This document shows, piece by piece, positions 44,379-55,286 of a DNA stretch of 64,000 nucleotides. Source of the stretch: Clostridia bacterium (GTDB lineage: Bacteria; Bacillota; Clostridia; Oscillospirales; Acutalibacteraceae); contig JAFQJH010000009.1 of the NCBI GenBank assembly GCA_017415025.1, positions 23,570 through 87,569 on the forward strand, read 5' to 3'. Position numbers and translations under genes: made by a program. Under the pieces are notes generated by a model. It was not told where the DNA came from, ran no database searches, and worked only from the letters and a program-made list of their open reading frames with translations. How positions within the stretch are numbered: the first letter of the stretch is position 1; each line of letters starts with the position of its first letter.

Positions 44379-44762
44379 TTAAAAATTTTCGGGCAACAGC
44401 TCACCCAAGGTATATGTTTTTATTTCTTCACCGTTGTAAAGATGAATTTTAAAATCCTTATCGCAAAATTCACTCATCACCTGACGGCATACACCGCACG
44501 GCGGACAAAAATCAGTAATTTCGTCCTCGCCGCCGACAACAGCAATTTCGGAAAATTCACGCTCGCCGTCTGCAACAGCGGAGAAAAACGCTGTTCTTTC
44601 GGCACAGCACGTCGGCGAAAAAGCCTTGTTTTCAACATTACAGCCCTTGTAGATTTTTCCGCTTTTTGTCAGTAATGCCGCGCCGACCTTAAAAGACGAA
44701 TAGGGTGAATACGATTTTTCTCTTGCATCCAGTGCAAGCTTTACAAGCTCGTTTTTATCCAT
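44379..44762 (-). CDS. cdd: Cytidine deaminase
   Basis: 127 aa. CAERTA and PCGVCRQ zinc motifs. Confidence 0.9.
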   Translation of the reverse strand: MDKNELVKLALDAREKSYSPYSSFKVGAALLTKSGKIYKGCNVENKAFSPTCCAERTAFFSAVADGEREFSEIAVVGGEDEITDFCPPCGVCRQVMSEFCDKDFKIHLYNGEEIKTYTLGELLPENF

Positions 44763-44763
44763 A

Positions 44764-45429
44764 TCAATAGCCCTGCGCTTCTTCGTTTTTGATGATTTTT
44801 ACGATTCTGCTCGTGCCGAGACGTGATGCACCGAGCTTTATGAAATCCTCGGCATCCTCAAGCGAAGCGATACCGCCCGCCGCCTTGATTTTAAGATGAG
44901 GTGCAACGTGCTTTGCAAAAAGCGCAACGTCCTCGCGTGTAGCTCCGCCTGTTGAAAAGCCCGTCGAGGTCTTGATATAATCCGCGCCCGAAGCGGAAAC
45001 AATTTCGCACATCTTGATTTTTTCTTCATCGGTCAGAAGGCAGGTTTCGATAATAACCTTCAGCAGCTTACCCTCGCAAGCCTCTTTGACCGCCTCGATT
45101 TCTTCAAGGACAAAGCCGTATTTTTTATCCTTGAGAGCGCCGATGTTGATAACCATATCAATTTCCTCGGCACCGTTTTTTACGGCATTGTTCGCCTCAA
45201 AGCACTTTGCCGCAGTTGTCGAATATCCGTTGGGGAAGCCGATAACCGTACAAATCGGCAACTTGCCGTTAACGTATTCTGCCGCCTGACGGACGTAGGC
45301 TGCGGGAATACAGACCGATGCACAGCCGTACTTCATTCCGTCGTCGCAGATTGCCTTAATTTCGTCCCACGTTGCGGACTGTGAAAGAAGCGTGTGGTCA
45401 ACCTTTGATAAAATTTCCTTGATATCCAT
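44764..45429 (-). CDS. deoC: Deoxyribose-phosphate aldolase
   Basis: 221 aa. VIGFPNG and the IKTSTGF Schiff-base lysine motif. Confidence 0.9.
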   Translation of the reverse strand: MDIKEILSKVDHTLLSQSATWDEIKAICDDGMKYGCASVCIPAAYVRQAAEYVNGKLPICTVIGFPNGYSTTAAKCFEANNAVKNGAEEIDMVINIGALKDKKYGFVLEEIEAVKEACEGKLLKVIIETCLLTDEEKIKMCEIVSASGADYIKTSTGFSTGGATREDVALFAKHVAPHLKIKAAGGIASLEDAEDFIKLGASRLGTSRIVKIIKNEEAQGY

Positions 45430-45440
45430 TTTAGTTCTCC

Positions 45441-46133
45441 TTATTTAACCAATTCGCCCGTGCGGACATCTATAAGATTTTTGAAAACCGCAATCTGTGA
45501 TGCGGAAACAAATTTATCCTCGTGCAGTGAGCCGAAGAACCAGCGCGTGTAGTCACAGCTTGTGCTCAACTCCTGAAAATATGCGTTAAGTCCGCTGACG
45601 AGGAGAGGCTCATTATCCTTGAGCTTGAGGAAGTTTTTGATTTTCTGTGCCGGCTCGTGAGTGATGACGTAATCGACCTTGAATTTGTATTTTTCAAGGT
45701 TTGTTGCACCCTCGCGCATTTCCTCTCGCGTGGGAATTTCAGCGTTTGACCAGCTTTCATTACCGTAGCGAAGGTCAACGTCGGGACTCTCGCCGCCGCC
45801 CATTGCAAAAATTGTTTCACCCTCGATTTCAAAAATCTGACCGCGCATCAGGTGGAAGATATTGTCCCTGATTTTATGCGCCTTACCGCCGGCAAAGCCT
45901 GTTACGGGATATTTTGAAAGAAGCTCAAAATTTTCGTGAGTTCCGTCAACGAAGCAGATGTTAAATTTTTTCTTGGCAAGCTTATCGAGAATTTTTTTCT
46001 CTTTGGCATCGCCTGTCCAGATAAAACCGAAATCTCCGCAAACAATAAGCGTGTCGCCCTCTTTGATGTTTTTAAATTTTTTCTGCGAAAAGATGCGGTA
46101 ATCGCCGTGCATATCACCTGTGACGTAAATCAT
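45441..46133 (-). CDS. Metallophosphoesterase family protein
   Basis: [16 protein letters not shown] and GTHEN motifs. Confidence 0.75.
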   Translation of the reverse strand: MIYVTGDMHGDYRIFSQKKFKNIKEGDTLIVCGDFGFIWTGDAKEKKILDKLAKKKFNICFVDGTHENFELLSKYPVTGFAGGKAHKIRDNIFHLMRGQIFEIEGETIFAMGGGESPDVDLRYGNESWSNAEIPTREEMREGATNLEKYKFKVDYVITHEPAQKIKNFLKLKDNEPLLVSGLNAYFQELSTSCDYTRWFFGSLHEDKFVSASQIAVFKNLIDVRTGELVK

Positions 46134-46237
46134 CTCAAGTCAACTCCTCAAAATCGACATTTTTTTAAAATCATTGTTTATTTTTGCAAAAATATCTGCT
46201 ATAATCTAACATATATAATACTACAAAATCGGGTGTC

Positions 46238-47620
46238 TTGTCTATGAAAAAATTGATAATTTTTCTTTGCACATTAACAATAGTTTTATCCTCGCTGATT
46301 CTGCCCGTTTCGGCACAGAATTATATCGGCAGTGTGGAAACAAACGACGTCAAGCTCAACTGTCAGGTTGACCTGCTGATAAGCCTCGACGACGGTTCGG
46401 TTATTGTTGAAAGAAACGCGGATAAGCCCTATGCACCCGCCTCGCTGACGAAGGTTATGACAGCACTTGTCGTACTCAAAAACACGGAAGACCTCAACCG
46501 CGTGATGACCGTCAGCCCCCTTGCACTCGAAAGCATTGCAGGCACGGGAAGTTCGACCTCGGGCATCAAATCGGGCGAGCAGATGAGCATTTACAATATG
46601 CTTTGCGCTCTGCTCATACCCAGCGGTAATGATGCCGCGGCGGCACTCGCGATTGAATACGGCGGCACGATTGACGGCTTTGTCAAAATGATGAACGATA
46701 CCGCAAAGGAAATCGGCTGTCAGAACACCCACTTCGACAATCCGCACGGTCTTGACACTCCGACTCATAAGACAACCGCAAAGGACCTTGCGATTATGGC
46801 GAAGGAGGCCCTGAAGTTCTCCGCTTTTGAAACAATCGTCGCACAGAAAACCTATATAATGCCCGAAACGAATATGAACAAGGCGCGTCAGCTTGTCAAT
46901 ACGAATTTCCTTATCAACTCTGCTTACGTTTCGTATTACAACAAAAACGTAAAGGGTATCAAAACAGGATCGACCGAAAATGCAGGCAGATGCCTTATCT
47001 CCTACGCTTCGAAGGACGGCTACAACTACCTTGCTGTTGCGATGGGCGGTGACTACCGCGACTCTGACGGCGACGGTATTGAAGAAAATCAGGCTTTTAT
47101 GGACACCAATAAAATGTATAATTGGGCGTTCAAGAACCTCAAATATGAGGTTGTTACACGTGAGGGTCAGTTCATCTGCTCTCTGCCGCTTAATTATTGC
47201 TGGGATTCCGAATCAATCCGACTTGTAGCACTTAATGAGGTTATGGCTCTCGTTCCACAGGGCAATAATTCAGAAAGTGTGAGCTTTGAGCCTTACGATG
47301 TTCCCGAAAGCGTTGATGCACCTATCAAAAAGGGAGATAAAATCGGCAAGGCAAAGATTATGTTTGCGGGTCAGCAGATCGGCACGGCAGACCTTGTTAT
47401 TGCAGAGGATGCGAATATGAGCGTTCTTCTTTATGCAAAGGCAATGATTCAGCGCGTTACGTCAAAAACTGTTTTTAAAATCATTTTTGCTCTTGTTGTA
47501 ATTCTTGTTGTTGCCTACGTTGTGATGTTCATCATCTCCAATAACCGCAGAAGAAAAAAGCGCGCAATAAAAATGGTTAAATATAACGAGCTTCAGCGCA
47601 ATACCCAAAAGAAAAAATAA
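46238..47620 (+). CDS. D-alanyl-D-alanine carboxypeptidase (S11, PBP5-like) with C-terminal TM anchor
   Basis: Signal peptide. SxxK (ASLTK), SxN (SGND), KTG (KTGST). C-terminal TM helix and a basic tail. Confidence 0.85.
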   Translation: MSMKKLIIFLCTLTIVLSSLILPVSAQNYIGSVETNDVKLNCQVDLLISLDDGSVIVERNADKPYAPASLTKVMTALVVLKNTEDLNRVMTVSPLALESIAGTGSSTSGIKSGEQMSIYNMLCALLIPSGNDAAAALAIEYGGTIDGFVKMMNDTAKEIGCQNTHFDNPHGLDTPTHKTTAKDLAIMAKEALKFSAFETIVAQKTYIMPETNMNKARQLVNTNFLINSAYVSYYNKNVKGIKTGSTENAGRCLISYASKDGYNYLAVAMGGDYRDSDGDGIEENQAFMDTNKMYNWAFKNLKYEVVTREGQFICSLPLNYCWDSESIRLVALNEVMALVPQGNNSESVSFEPYDVPESVDAPIKKGDKIGKAKIMFAGQQIGTADLVIAEDANMSVLLYAKAMIQRVTSKTVFKIIFALVVILVVAYVVMFIISNNRRRKKRAIKMVKYNELQRNTQKKK

Positions 47621-47636
47621 ATTTTTTGATATAAAA

Positions 47637-47675
47637 ATCGGCTTGCAGTGTTTTCTGCAAGCCGATAAAATTTTT
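47637..47675. terminator. Bidirectional terminator between the carboxypeptidase gene and clpX
   Basis: ATCGGCTTGCAG/CTGCAAGCCGAT hairpin flanked by A-runs and T-runs. Confidence 0.7.
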
Positions 47676-48939
47676 ATGCTTCAAGTTTTTTCTTACCCTT
47701 GTGCTCAACGAGCGGTGCGACACCGTTGTTGATGCATTCCTCGGTAATCTTTACGCTGACGATTGATTTGTCGCTCGGTACTGCGTACATAATCGGCATA
47801 AGAATTTCTTCCATTACCGCACGAAGTCCGCGTGCGCCCGTTTTTCTTGCGAGTGTCTTTTTTGCAACAGCCGTCAGTGCCTCGGGTGTGAACTCGAGCG
47901 TTACGCCGTCCATTCCGAGAAGTGACTGATACTGCTTGACGATAGCGTTTTTCGGCTCGGTAAGAATTCTGATGAGAGCCTCCTCGTCAAGCTCCTTGAG
48001 TGTTGTGATAACGGGAAGTCTGCCGACAAGCTCGGGGATAAGACCGTATTTTGTGATATCCTGCGGAACAACCTTTGAGACTGCCTTTTCGAGTGAAAAA
48101 TCCTTCTTGCTCTTGATTTCTGCGCCGAAGCCGACCGAAGAACCGCCGAGTCTCTTTTCGATTGTCTTTTCAATGCCGTCAAATGCACCGCCGCAGATGA
48201 AAAGGATGTTCGAGGTGTTCACCTGGATGCATTCCTGCTGGGGATGCTTTCTGCCGCCCTGCGGAGGTACGTTGGCAACCGTTCCCTCAACAATCTTGAG
48301 GAGTGCCTGCTGAACACCCTCACCGCTGACGTCACGGGTGATTGACGGATTTTCGGACTTTCTTGCAATCTTGTCGATTTCATCAACGTAGATGATGCCC
48401 TGCTCCGCTTTATCAATATCGTAATCCGCCGCCTGAATAAGTCTTAAAAGAATATTCTCGACGTCCTCACCGACGTAGCCCGCTTCGGTAAGCGTTGTTG
48501 CATCGGCAATTGCAAAGGGAACGTTAAGAATTTTTGCAAGAGTCTGCGCAAGCATAGTCTTGCCGACACCTGTCGGGCCGAGAAGAAGAATGTTACTCTT
48601 CTGGATTTCAACGTCACTTTCCTCTGCCTTGAAAACTCGCTTATAGTGGTTATAAACCGCAACGCTCAGCGCGATTTTTGCCTCGTCCTGACCGATAACG
48701 TACTCGTCAAGACCGTTTTTGATTTCCATCGGTGTGGGAAGCTTCGGGATATTTTTTGCCTTCTTTTTCTTGTTAAGACGTCCGCCGCTTTCTTCTTCAA
48801 TAATCGCCTGACAAACCTCGATACATTCGTTGCAGATATAAACGCCTTCACCGGCAATCAATCTTTCAACCTGATCCTTGGTCTTATGGCAGAAGGAACA
48901 ACGGACAAACTTATCGCGTCTTTCTTCATCTCTGGGCAT
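47674..48939 (-). CDS. clpX: ATP-dependent Clp protease ATP-binding subunit ClpX
   Basis: N-terminal zinc finger CSFCHK...CNEC, Walker A GPTGVGKT, 421 aa. Confidence 0.95.
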   Translation of the reverse strand: MPRDEERRDKFVRCSFCHKTKDQVERLIAGEGVYICNECIEVCQAIIEEESGGRLNKKKKAKNIPKLPTPMEIKNGLDEYVIGQDEAKIALSVAVYNHYKRVFKAEESDVEIQKSNILLLGPTGVGKTMLAQTLAKILNVPFAIADATTLTEAGYVGEDVENILLRLIQAADYDIDKAEQGIIYVDEIDKIARKSENPSITRDVSGEGVQQALLKIVEGTVANVPPQGGRKHPQQECIQVNTSNILFICGGAFDGIEKTIEKRLGGSSVGFGAEIKSKKDFSLEKAVSKVVPQDITKYGLIPELVGRLPVITTLKELDEEALIRILTEPKNAIVKQYQSLLGMDGVTLEFTPEALTAVAKKTLARKTGARGLRAVMEEILMPIMYAVPSDKSIVSVKITEECINNGVAPLVEHKGKKKLEA

Positions 48940-48954
48940 TGTTACACCTCTGAT

Positions 48955-49536
48955 TTATCTTTTGTAAAGAACCTTATCAACAAGGCCGTATTCCATAGCC
49001 TCCTGAGCTGAAAGGTAGTTGTCTCTCTCGGTATCAAGAGCGATCTGCTCGACTGACTTGCCTGTATTTTCTGCAAGGATTCTGTTGAGCTTATCTCTTG
49101 TCTTAAGGATGTGGTCAGCTACAATTTTGATTTCTGTTGCCTGACCTCTTGCACCGCCGAGCGGCTGATGAATCATAATTTCGCTGTTCGGGAGAGCGTA
49201 GCGCTTGCCCTTTGCACCTGCAGAGAGAAGAAACGCACCCATAGAAGCAGCCATACCCATACAGATTGTTGAAACGTCGCACTTGATGTACTGCATTGTG
49301 TCATAGATTGCCATACCGGCAGTTACAGATCCGCCGGGGCTGTTGATGTAAAGGCTGATATCCTTCTCGGGGTCCTGACTCTCAAGGTGGAGAAGCTGTG
49401 CAACAACAAGGCTTGCTGTTGCATCGTTCACTTCGTCGGAAAGAACGATAACTCTTTCGTTAAGAAGGCGAGAAAAAATGTCATAAGAACGCTCGCCTCT
49501 GCTTGTCTGTTCAATAACATAAGGTACTAAAGCCAT
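48955..49536 (-). CDS. clpP: ATP-dependent Clp protease proteolytic subunit ClpP
   Basis: Start set at [10 protein letters not shown], which has GGAGGA 7 nt upstream. Catalytic Ser context GMAASMGA. Confidence 0.95.
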   Translation of the reverse strand: MALVPYVIEQTSRGERSYDIFSRLLNERVIVLSDEVNDATASLVVAQLLHLESQDPEKDISLYINSPGGSVTAGMAIYDTMQYIKCDVSTICMGMAASMGAFLLSAGAKGKRYALPNSEIMIHQPLGGARGQATEIKIVADHILKTRDKLNRILAENTGKSVEQIALDTERDNYLSAQEAMEYGLVDKVLYKR

Positions 49537-49635
49537 ATTTATTTCCTCCATTCGATATGTTGTTTAAATAAAGGGTGGTGACAGTTGAATTCTGCTCCAC
49601 TATCCCCACCCTAATATTGTCGTTTATTTTGCTGA

Positions 49636-50982
49636 TTATTCAGCAGCTTCCTCTGTCTTCTTTGCAGCTGCCTTCTTTGTTGTCTTCTTCGGCTTCTCCG
49701 CAACGATAGCCTTTGCATTCTTTACAAGGAAATCAACTGTCTTCTGGCCGACAACGTCCTTCTTAACGTCCTCGATGCGAACAAATTTCTTAATCTGCTC
49801 TGCTTCCATCTGATACATATCAGCCATTTCCTGAATCTTTGCCTCTGCATCCTCGTCAGTAGCTTCGATCTTCTCGAGCTCGGCAATCTTGTCGATAGCA
49901 AGCTGAAGCTTAACCTGCTTAACAGCGTTTGCTCTCATACTCTCTTTGAAAGCATCCTTATCCATACCCATATACTGAAGGTACATATCAAGACCGATGC
50001 CCTGCTGAGCGAGTCTCTGCTCATATTCCTTAACGTCGTCCTCGAGCTTGTTGTCATACATAACCTCGGGGATTTCGCCCTCAACGAGCTCAACAACCTT
50101 TTCAAGAACATTGCTCTCGAATTCGCGGTCAATCTGCTCTGTCTTTGTCTTAACGAGGTCAGCCTTGATACTCTTCTTAAGGTCAGCAAGTGTTTCGCAA
50201 TCCTCGCTTACGTCCTTTGCGAACTCGTCGTCAAGAGCGGGAAGCTCCTTAACCTTGAGCTCGTGAAGCTTTACCTTGAATGTAGCGTCCTTGCCTGCAA
50301 GCTCTGCTGCATACTCTGTGGGGAAAGTAACGTTAACGTCGAACTCTTCGCCTGCCTTGTGACCGATAACCTGATCCTCAAAGCCGGGGATGAACTGACC
50401 TGAGCCGAGAGTAAGGTCAAAGTTTTCGCCCTTACCGCCGTCAAATGCTACGCCGTCAACAAAGCCCTCAAAGTCGATAACTGCGATATCGTTCTTCTTT
50501 GCTTTTCTTGCTTCCTCAACTGTAACTGTGCGTGAGTTTCTCTCCTGCATTGAAGCAAGCTCTTTCTTAACATCGTCTGCTGTAACGGATGCGTCACCCT
50601 TATCAGCCTCGATGCCCTTATAGCCCTCGATTGTGATTTCGGGCATAACTGTAATTTTAAGTGTGATTTCAACACCTGTTTCGTCCATCTTTGTAACCTC
50701 AACGTCGTGAGGAGCTGCAACGGGGTTGATGCCTGCTTCTTCAATAGCAGCGCCTACTGTTTCGGGATAAACGATGTCAAGTGCATCCTCGTAGAATACC
50801 TCTTTGCCGTAGAACTTCTCAATCATTGCAAGAGGTGCCTTACCCTTACGGAAGCCGGGGAGCTGAATCTTGTTCTTCTGCTTGTTATAAGCCTTAACGA
50901 CAGCAGCCTTAAAATCCTCTGCGCTTACCGCAACTTCAAGTGTGTAGATGTTTGTTTCTGTTTTGTTTGCTGATTTTAACAT
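49636..50982 (-). CDS. tig: Trigger factor
   Basis: Start set at MLKSANKTE, which follows AGGAGGA. GFRKGKAP ribosome-binding motif and an FKBP domain. Confidence 0.9.
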   Translation of the reverse strand: MLKSANKTETNIYTLEVAVSAEDFKAAVVKAYNKQKNKIQLPGFRKGKAPLAMIEKFYGKEVFYEDALDIVYPETVGAAIEEAGINPVAAPHDVEVTKMDETGVEITLKITVMPEITIEGYKGIEADKGDASVTADDVKKELASMQERNSRTVTVEEARKAKKNDIAVIDFEGFVDGVAFDGGKGENFDLTLGSGQFIPGFEDQVIGHKAGEEFDVNVTFPTEYAAELAGKDATFKVKLHELKVKELPALDDEFAKDVSEDCETLADLKKSIKADLVKTKTEQIDREFESNVLEKVVELVEGEIPEVMYDNKLEDDVKEYEQRLAQQGIGLDMYLQYMGMDKDAFKESMRANAVKQVKLQLAIDKIAELEKIEATDEDAEAKIQEMADMYQMEAEQIKKFVRIEDVKKDVVGQKTVDFLVKNAKAIVAEKPKKTTKKAAAKKTEEAAE

Positions 50983-51103
50983 TGAAAACTTCCTCCTGTT
51001 TGGCATTGCCTGTGAGCGATACTCCCACATATACCATTACCCTACATTATAGCAGACTATTTTTGCTTTTTCCATACCTTTTTTATATATTTTTGGACTT
51101 TTA

Positions 51104-51796
51104 TCAAAATTTTACCAACAATTTCGGACAAAATTCGAGAAAATCCGCGGAAACGAGGTCAAAATTGACTCCGTCACGCTCTCCGCGGAACGCCCAATTG
51201 ACGGACGGTCCGTGAAGATGACCGTAATAACAGTGCTTTGCGCCCGAAGAAATAACGATATCGTAAATTTCCGAGCAGGTCTGCGTAAGGCTGACGGGCG
51301 GATAATGCAGGAAAATTATCGGCTCACCGCCGAGCTTCTTCGCTTCGTCAAGAGACATCTGAAGTCTGCCTGCCTCGCGCAGGAGAACCTTTTCGTCCTC
51401 CTTTTTTTCGCAGTCGAAGAACCAGCCTCTTGTACCGCAGACGGTGTAATCGCCGACTCTGAATGCGTTGTTGAAAAGTACTTTCACGGTGTTTATATCA
51501 TTTTCGGCAAAGAACTTTTCCGTCTTGCTTTTCGTTGACCACCAATAGTCGTGGTTGCCCTTCATTATGATTTTTGTTCCGTTTAATTTTTCCAGAAAAC
51601 GGAAATCCTCGAGCGTTTCTTCCATATTCATTCCCCACGAAATATCACCCGGAATGACGACAAAATCATCCTCGCCGACAACAGCGTTCCAATTTTTTTC
51701 GAGTCTTTTTTCAAAATCCTGCCAACCGCGGAAAATATCCATCGGCTTGTCAACGGAAAAAGAAAGATGTGTATCGGCAATAGCAAACAAAGACAA
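51104..51796 (-). CDS. Metallophosphoesterase family protein
   Basis: FAIADTHL, IPGDISW, GNHDYWW and HYPP motifs. Confidence 0.75.
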   Translation of the reverse strand: MSLFAIADTHLSFSVDKPMDIFRGWQDFEKRLEKNWNAVVGEDDFVVIPGDISWGMNMEETLEDFRFLEKLNGTKIIMKGNHDYWWSTKSKTEKFFAENDINTVKVLFNNAFRVGDYTVCGTRGWFFDCEKKEDEKVLLREAGRLQMSLDEAKKLGGEPIIFLHYPPVSLTQTCSEIYDIVISSGAKHCYYGHLHGPSVNWAFRGERDGVNFDLVSADFLEFCPKLLVKF

Positions 51797-51888
51797 TGTT
51801 CTTCACCTCTTTTCAGTATATTCGTAAATTAAAAATTCATAATAAAGATGTGACCTTTTGGCACAAAAAATTTTAAGGAGAAACCTGA

Positions 51889-52032
51889 AATGAAAAAAGA
51901 AATCAAAGAAATCAAGTGTAATGCCCATAACTGCATTTACAACGAGGATGGCTGCAAGTGCGTTGCAGGTCATATCGAGGTCGGCCCTTCAAGCGCCTGC
52001 ACCTGTGCAGACACAATCTGCGCTACCTTTGA
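51889..52032 (+). CDS. DUF1540-like small Cys-rich protein (C-terminus possibly frameshifted)
   Basis: Not in the ORF track because it is under 60 aa. RBS AAGGAGA. My translation is MKKEIKEIKCNAHNCIYNEDGCKCVAGHIEVGPSSACTCADTICRYL, which matches the C-x3-C / C-x-C-x-A-x2-I-x-V pattern of DUF1540. Confidence 0.55.
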
Positions 52033-52228
52033 GCCGGGAAACAAGAATAACTAAGTTTGCCTTATCAGGCAAGTGAAGTTGACTTGCGTCAGTGAAGTTG
52101 CAAGGCAGTGAAGTTTGCTTTGCAAGTGATGCAACCGCACTGACAAACAACTACCACCCGAAAAAGAACGCAACGCCTCTCTTTCGGGTGGTTATTTTAA
52201 TTTCAAAAATTTGACCCGAAATCAAATC

Positions 52229-53719
52229 TTATTTAAGCATATCGAAAACGACCTGCTCCATATCCTCTTTCTTGCAGCAGCCTGTAAAGCGCGGTGTCTT
52301 GCCCTTGAGGTTTGCGAGCTGGGGAGGACATTCCTCGCCTGTCTCAACCTTGAGGCCGAGAACCATATCGAACTCGTCCATACCCTCGCTCATACCGGGG
52401 TGAACTGCATCAAGAACAGCCTTGCTGAACTTGTAGGGGTTAGCGGTTGATGCGATAACTGTCGGTGTTGCATCGCCTGTCACTGCCTTGTAATCGTCGT
52501 AAACGGAAACAGCAACCGCAGTATGTGTATCGCAGAGGTAAGCGTTCTCCTTGAAGGTCTTTGCAATACAAGCCTTTGTGCCTTCGTCGTCACAGCAGCC
52601 TGCATCAAAGAGAGCTGTAAGCTTTGCGAAAACCTCTTCGTTTACGCTGTACTTACCTTCGGCTGAAAGTGAGCCCATCCATTCGCGCACGAGAGCATCG
52701 TCCATATCCGAAAGGAGGAAGAGAAGTCTCTCAAGGTTTGAAGAAATGAGAATATCCATTGACGGAGAGATTGTTGTGTAGAAATCTCTGACGCGGTTGT
52801 AGTTACCTGTCTTGAGGAAATCTGTGAGAACGTTGTTTGCATTTGATGCGCAGATGAGCTTCTTCATCGGAACGCCCATTTCCTTTGCATAGTAAGCGGC
52901 AAGAATGTTGCCGAAGTTACCTGTCGGAACAACAACGTTGATTTCGTCGCCTGCCTTGATTGCGCCCTTTTCGAGCATATCGCAGTAAGCGGAAACATAA
53001 TAAACAATCTGCGGAACAAGTCTGCCCCAGTTGATTGAGTTTGCGGAAGAGAACATCATTCCCTTTTCCTCAAGCTTTGCGGCAACAGCCTTGTCTGTGA
53101 AAATCTTTTTAACACCCGACTGTGCATCGTCGAAGTTACCCTCGATTGCGCAAACGCCGACGTTAGAGCCCTCCTGAGTTGTCATCTGAAGCTTCTGCAT
53201 GGGGCTTACACCGTCGTTGGGATAGAAAACAAGGATTCTTGTATTCTTAACATCCTTAAAGCCTTCAAGTGCTGCCTTACCTGTATCACCCGAGGTTGCA
53301 ACGAGGATAACGATTTCCTTGTCGGGTGCAGACTTTGAAGAAGCAACCGTAAGAAGGTGGGGGAGAAGCTGAAGAGCCATATCCTTGAAAGCGCAGGTCG
53401 GACCCTTCCAGAGCTCAAGAATCTCCGTTCCTTTTTCGAGCGTGTGGAGCGGGGAAATCTTCTCGCTTGAGAAGCCTTCGCCGTAAGCACCGTTTACGCA
53501 GGCATCAATCTCCTCTGCAGTAAAATCCGTGAGGTAAAGCGAAAGAATTTCCTTCGCTCTGCCTATGTAATCGAGCTTTGAAAGACGGACGATATCGTCC
53601 ATCGAAATCTGCGGAATTGTTTCGGGGACAAAAAGTCCGCCCTCTTTTGAAATGCCGTGAGCAATTGCCTCGGCAGAGCTTACCTTTATCGACTTGTCTC
53701 TTGTGCTTGTATATAACAT
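52229..53719 (-). CDS. thrC: Threonine synthase
   Basis: 496 aa, long-form ThrC. PLP lysine context GPTCAFKDMAL. Confidence 0.9.
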   Translation of the reverse strand: MLYTSTRDKSIKVSSAEAIAHGISKEGGLFVPETIPQISMDDIVRLSKLDYIGRAKEILSLYLTDFTAEEIDACVNGAYGEGFSSEKISPLHTLEKGTEILELWKGPTCAFKDMALQLLPHLLTVASSKSAPDKEIVILVATSGDTGKAALEGFKDVKNTRILVFYPNDGVSPMQKLQMTTQEGSNVGVCAIEGNFDDAQSGVKKIFTDKAVAAKLEEKGMMFSSANSINWGRLVPQIVYYVSAYCDMLEKGAIKAGDEINVVVPTGNFGNILAAYYAKEMGVPMKKLICASNANNVLTDFLKTGNYNRVRDFYTTISPSMDILISSNLERLLFLLSDMDDALVREWMGSLSAEGKYSVNEEVFAKLTALFDAGCCDDEGTKACIAKTFKENAYLCDTHTAVAVSVYDDYKAVTGDATPTVIASTANPYKFSKAVLDAVHPGMSEGMDEFDMVLGLKVETGEECPPQLANLKGKTPRFTGCCKKEDMEQVVFDMLK

Positions 53720-53780
53720 TGTTCATTCTCCTTCGAATGTGTTTTTCTGCGAAACATTATATCATACCTTGTCAATACTC

Positions 53781-54140
53781 TCAACCATTAAATGCGTTTT
53801 CGATATAATTGATTTTTACGGGCTTTAAATTATTATCAAGATAAACCTCGCAGACGTCAAATCTGTCCTGCTCGAAATGCGGATATGCGCGGGAGAAAAT
53901 CTTTGCTGCGGCAATCAGCTTTCTCTGCTTTTCGTCATCGACCGCCTCTGCAGGTAAAGAAACTGCATTTTCACCTCGTGTTTTAACCTCAACAAGGCAC
54001 ATAAAGCCGTCCTTACGCGCAACGATATCAATCTCGCCCACGCGTGAACGGAAGTTTATCGTAACGGGGTCATATCCGCGGTCGCGCATATACCTGACCG
54101 CAAAAATTTCTCCCCATATTCCTTGCTTATTTATTTCCAT
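53781..54140 (-). CDS. YraN-family (UPF0102) endonuclease-like protein
   Basis: 119 aa. GEIDIVA...VEVKTR motif. rnhB-yraN synteny. Confidence 0.85.
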   Translation of the reverse strand: MEINKQGIWGEIFAVRYMRDRGYDPVTINFRSRVGEIDIVARKDGFMCLVEVKTRGENAVSLPAEAVDDEKQRKLIAAAKIFSRAYPHFEQDRFDVCEVYLDNNLKPVKINYIENAFNG

Positions 54141-54759
54141 AAAAGCTCTTTAAAAAAGTCATACGGTGAATTTCGGATGCACCGTACTGTGTGAGCATCT
54201 CATAATGGAGCTTTGTGCCGTAGCCCTTATGCTTTGCGAACTGGTATTCGGGATATTTCGCATCCATTTCGAGCATAAATCTGTCTCTTGTAACCTTTGC
54301 AAGAATTGATGCGGCGGCAATCGACATTGAGGTTGCATCACCCTTGACGATTGTTCTCGTCGGCACTCCGAGTCCCGGGTCGCGGTTTCCGTCAACGAGC
54401 GCAATATCGGGCTTTACCGAAAGTCCGTCAAAAGCGCGACGCATTGCAAGATACGTTGCCTGCAGGATGTTGATTTCGTCAATCTCTTTTTCGTCGGCAA
54501 CGGCTATACTGTAAGCGAGAGCCTTTTCTTTGATAACGTCAAAAAGAGCCTCACGTTTTTTCTCTGTTAATTTTTTGGAATCATTCACGCCGTCAATAAC
54601 GCAACCCTCGGGGAGGATTACGGCGGCGGCACATACGGGGCCTGCAAGCGGACCTCTGCCTGCTTCGTCAATACCGCAGACAACGCCAAAGCCGTCCGCC
54701 TTGGCTTCGTTTTCATATCTGAACCAATCAACGGGTTCTTTTATAACTTCTTTTTTCAT
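54127..54759 (-). CDS. rnhB: Ribonuclease HII
   Basis: 210 aa. GIDEAGRGPLAGPV catalytic motif and DSKKL. Confidence 0.95.
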   Translation of the reverse strand: MKKEVIKEPVDWFRYENEAKADGFGVVCGIDEAGRGPLAGPVCAAAVILPEGCVIDGVNDSKKLTEKKREALFDVIKEKALAYSIAVADEKEIDEINILQATYLAMRRAFDGLSVKPDIALVDGNRDPGLGVPTRTIVKGDATSMSIAAASILAKVTRDRFMLEMDAKYPEYQFAKHKGYGTKLHYEMLTQYGASEIHRMTFLKSFYGNK

Positions 54760-54815
54760 ACTGCATCCTTAAAAAACAAGGGGCTGAAAAATACAGCCCC
54801 TTTAATTTAAAATAA

Positions 54816-55286
54816 TCAGTCAACGATAACTGTACCGTCTTCCTTGATTGTAATCTTGTCGCCGTCCTTAACAGCGTTGAGGAATTCCTCGCCGAGGCTG
54901 TCAACAGCAACGATTGAATTGTCTGTCCATACGTCTGCAAGGATTACACCTGCAGCTGCAAGTGAGTCAATCGGCTGTGAGAAAAGCATTGCGCTCGGAG
55001 CAAGCTCAAGAGCTGCAACGGTATAGATAACCATACCGCCTGTTGTTGAACCGATTGTCTGCGGAAGGCAGAGAACCTTGCCTGTAAGGTTTTTGCCGTA
55101 AACGTCGGGATTGTTCTGGTCAGAACCGATAACGTAGTCCTTGCCGAGAACGGGGATGTCGTGAAGAAGAGCTGTCTTCTGGAATGTTGCAAGAGTATTG
55201 ACACCGTTGTGGGATACTACTGCTTCGCCCTTATCGATTTTACCTGCTACGACAGGACGGCCTTTAAATGTTTTACTCATAATCAA
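54816..55286 (-). CDS. Aconitase X swivel-domain subunit (DUF126, AcnX small subunit)
   Basis: 156 aa. GEAVVSHNG... and LCLPQTIGSTTGG. The upstream gene's stop overlaps this start by 4 nt. Confidence 0.75.
   Translation of the reverse strand: MIMSKTFKGRPVVAGKIDKGEAVVSHNGVNTLATFQKTALLHDIPVLGKDYVIGSDQNNPDVYGKNLTGKVLCLPQTIGSTTGGMVIYTVAALELAPSAMLFSQPIDSLAAAGVILADVWTDNSIVAVDSLGEEFLNAVKDGDKITIKEDGTVIVD

Noticed and set aside
45441-51796. Idea that the two 230-aa metallophosphoesterases (45441..46133 and 51104..51796) are recent duplicates
   Set aside because: Apart from the generic metallophosphoesterase motifs (D-x-H, GD, GNH), the sequences do not align. They belong to different subfamilies.
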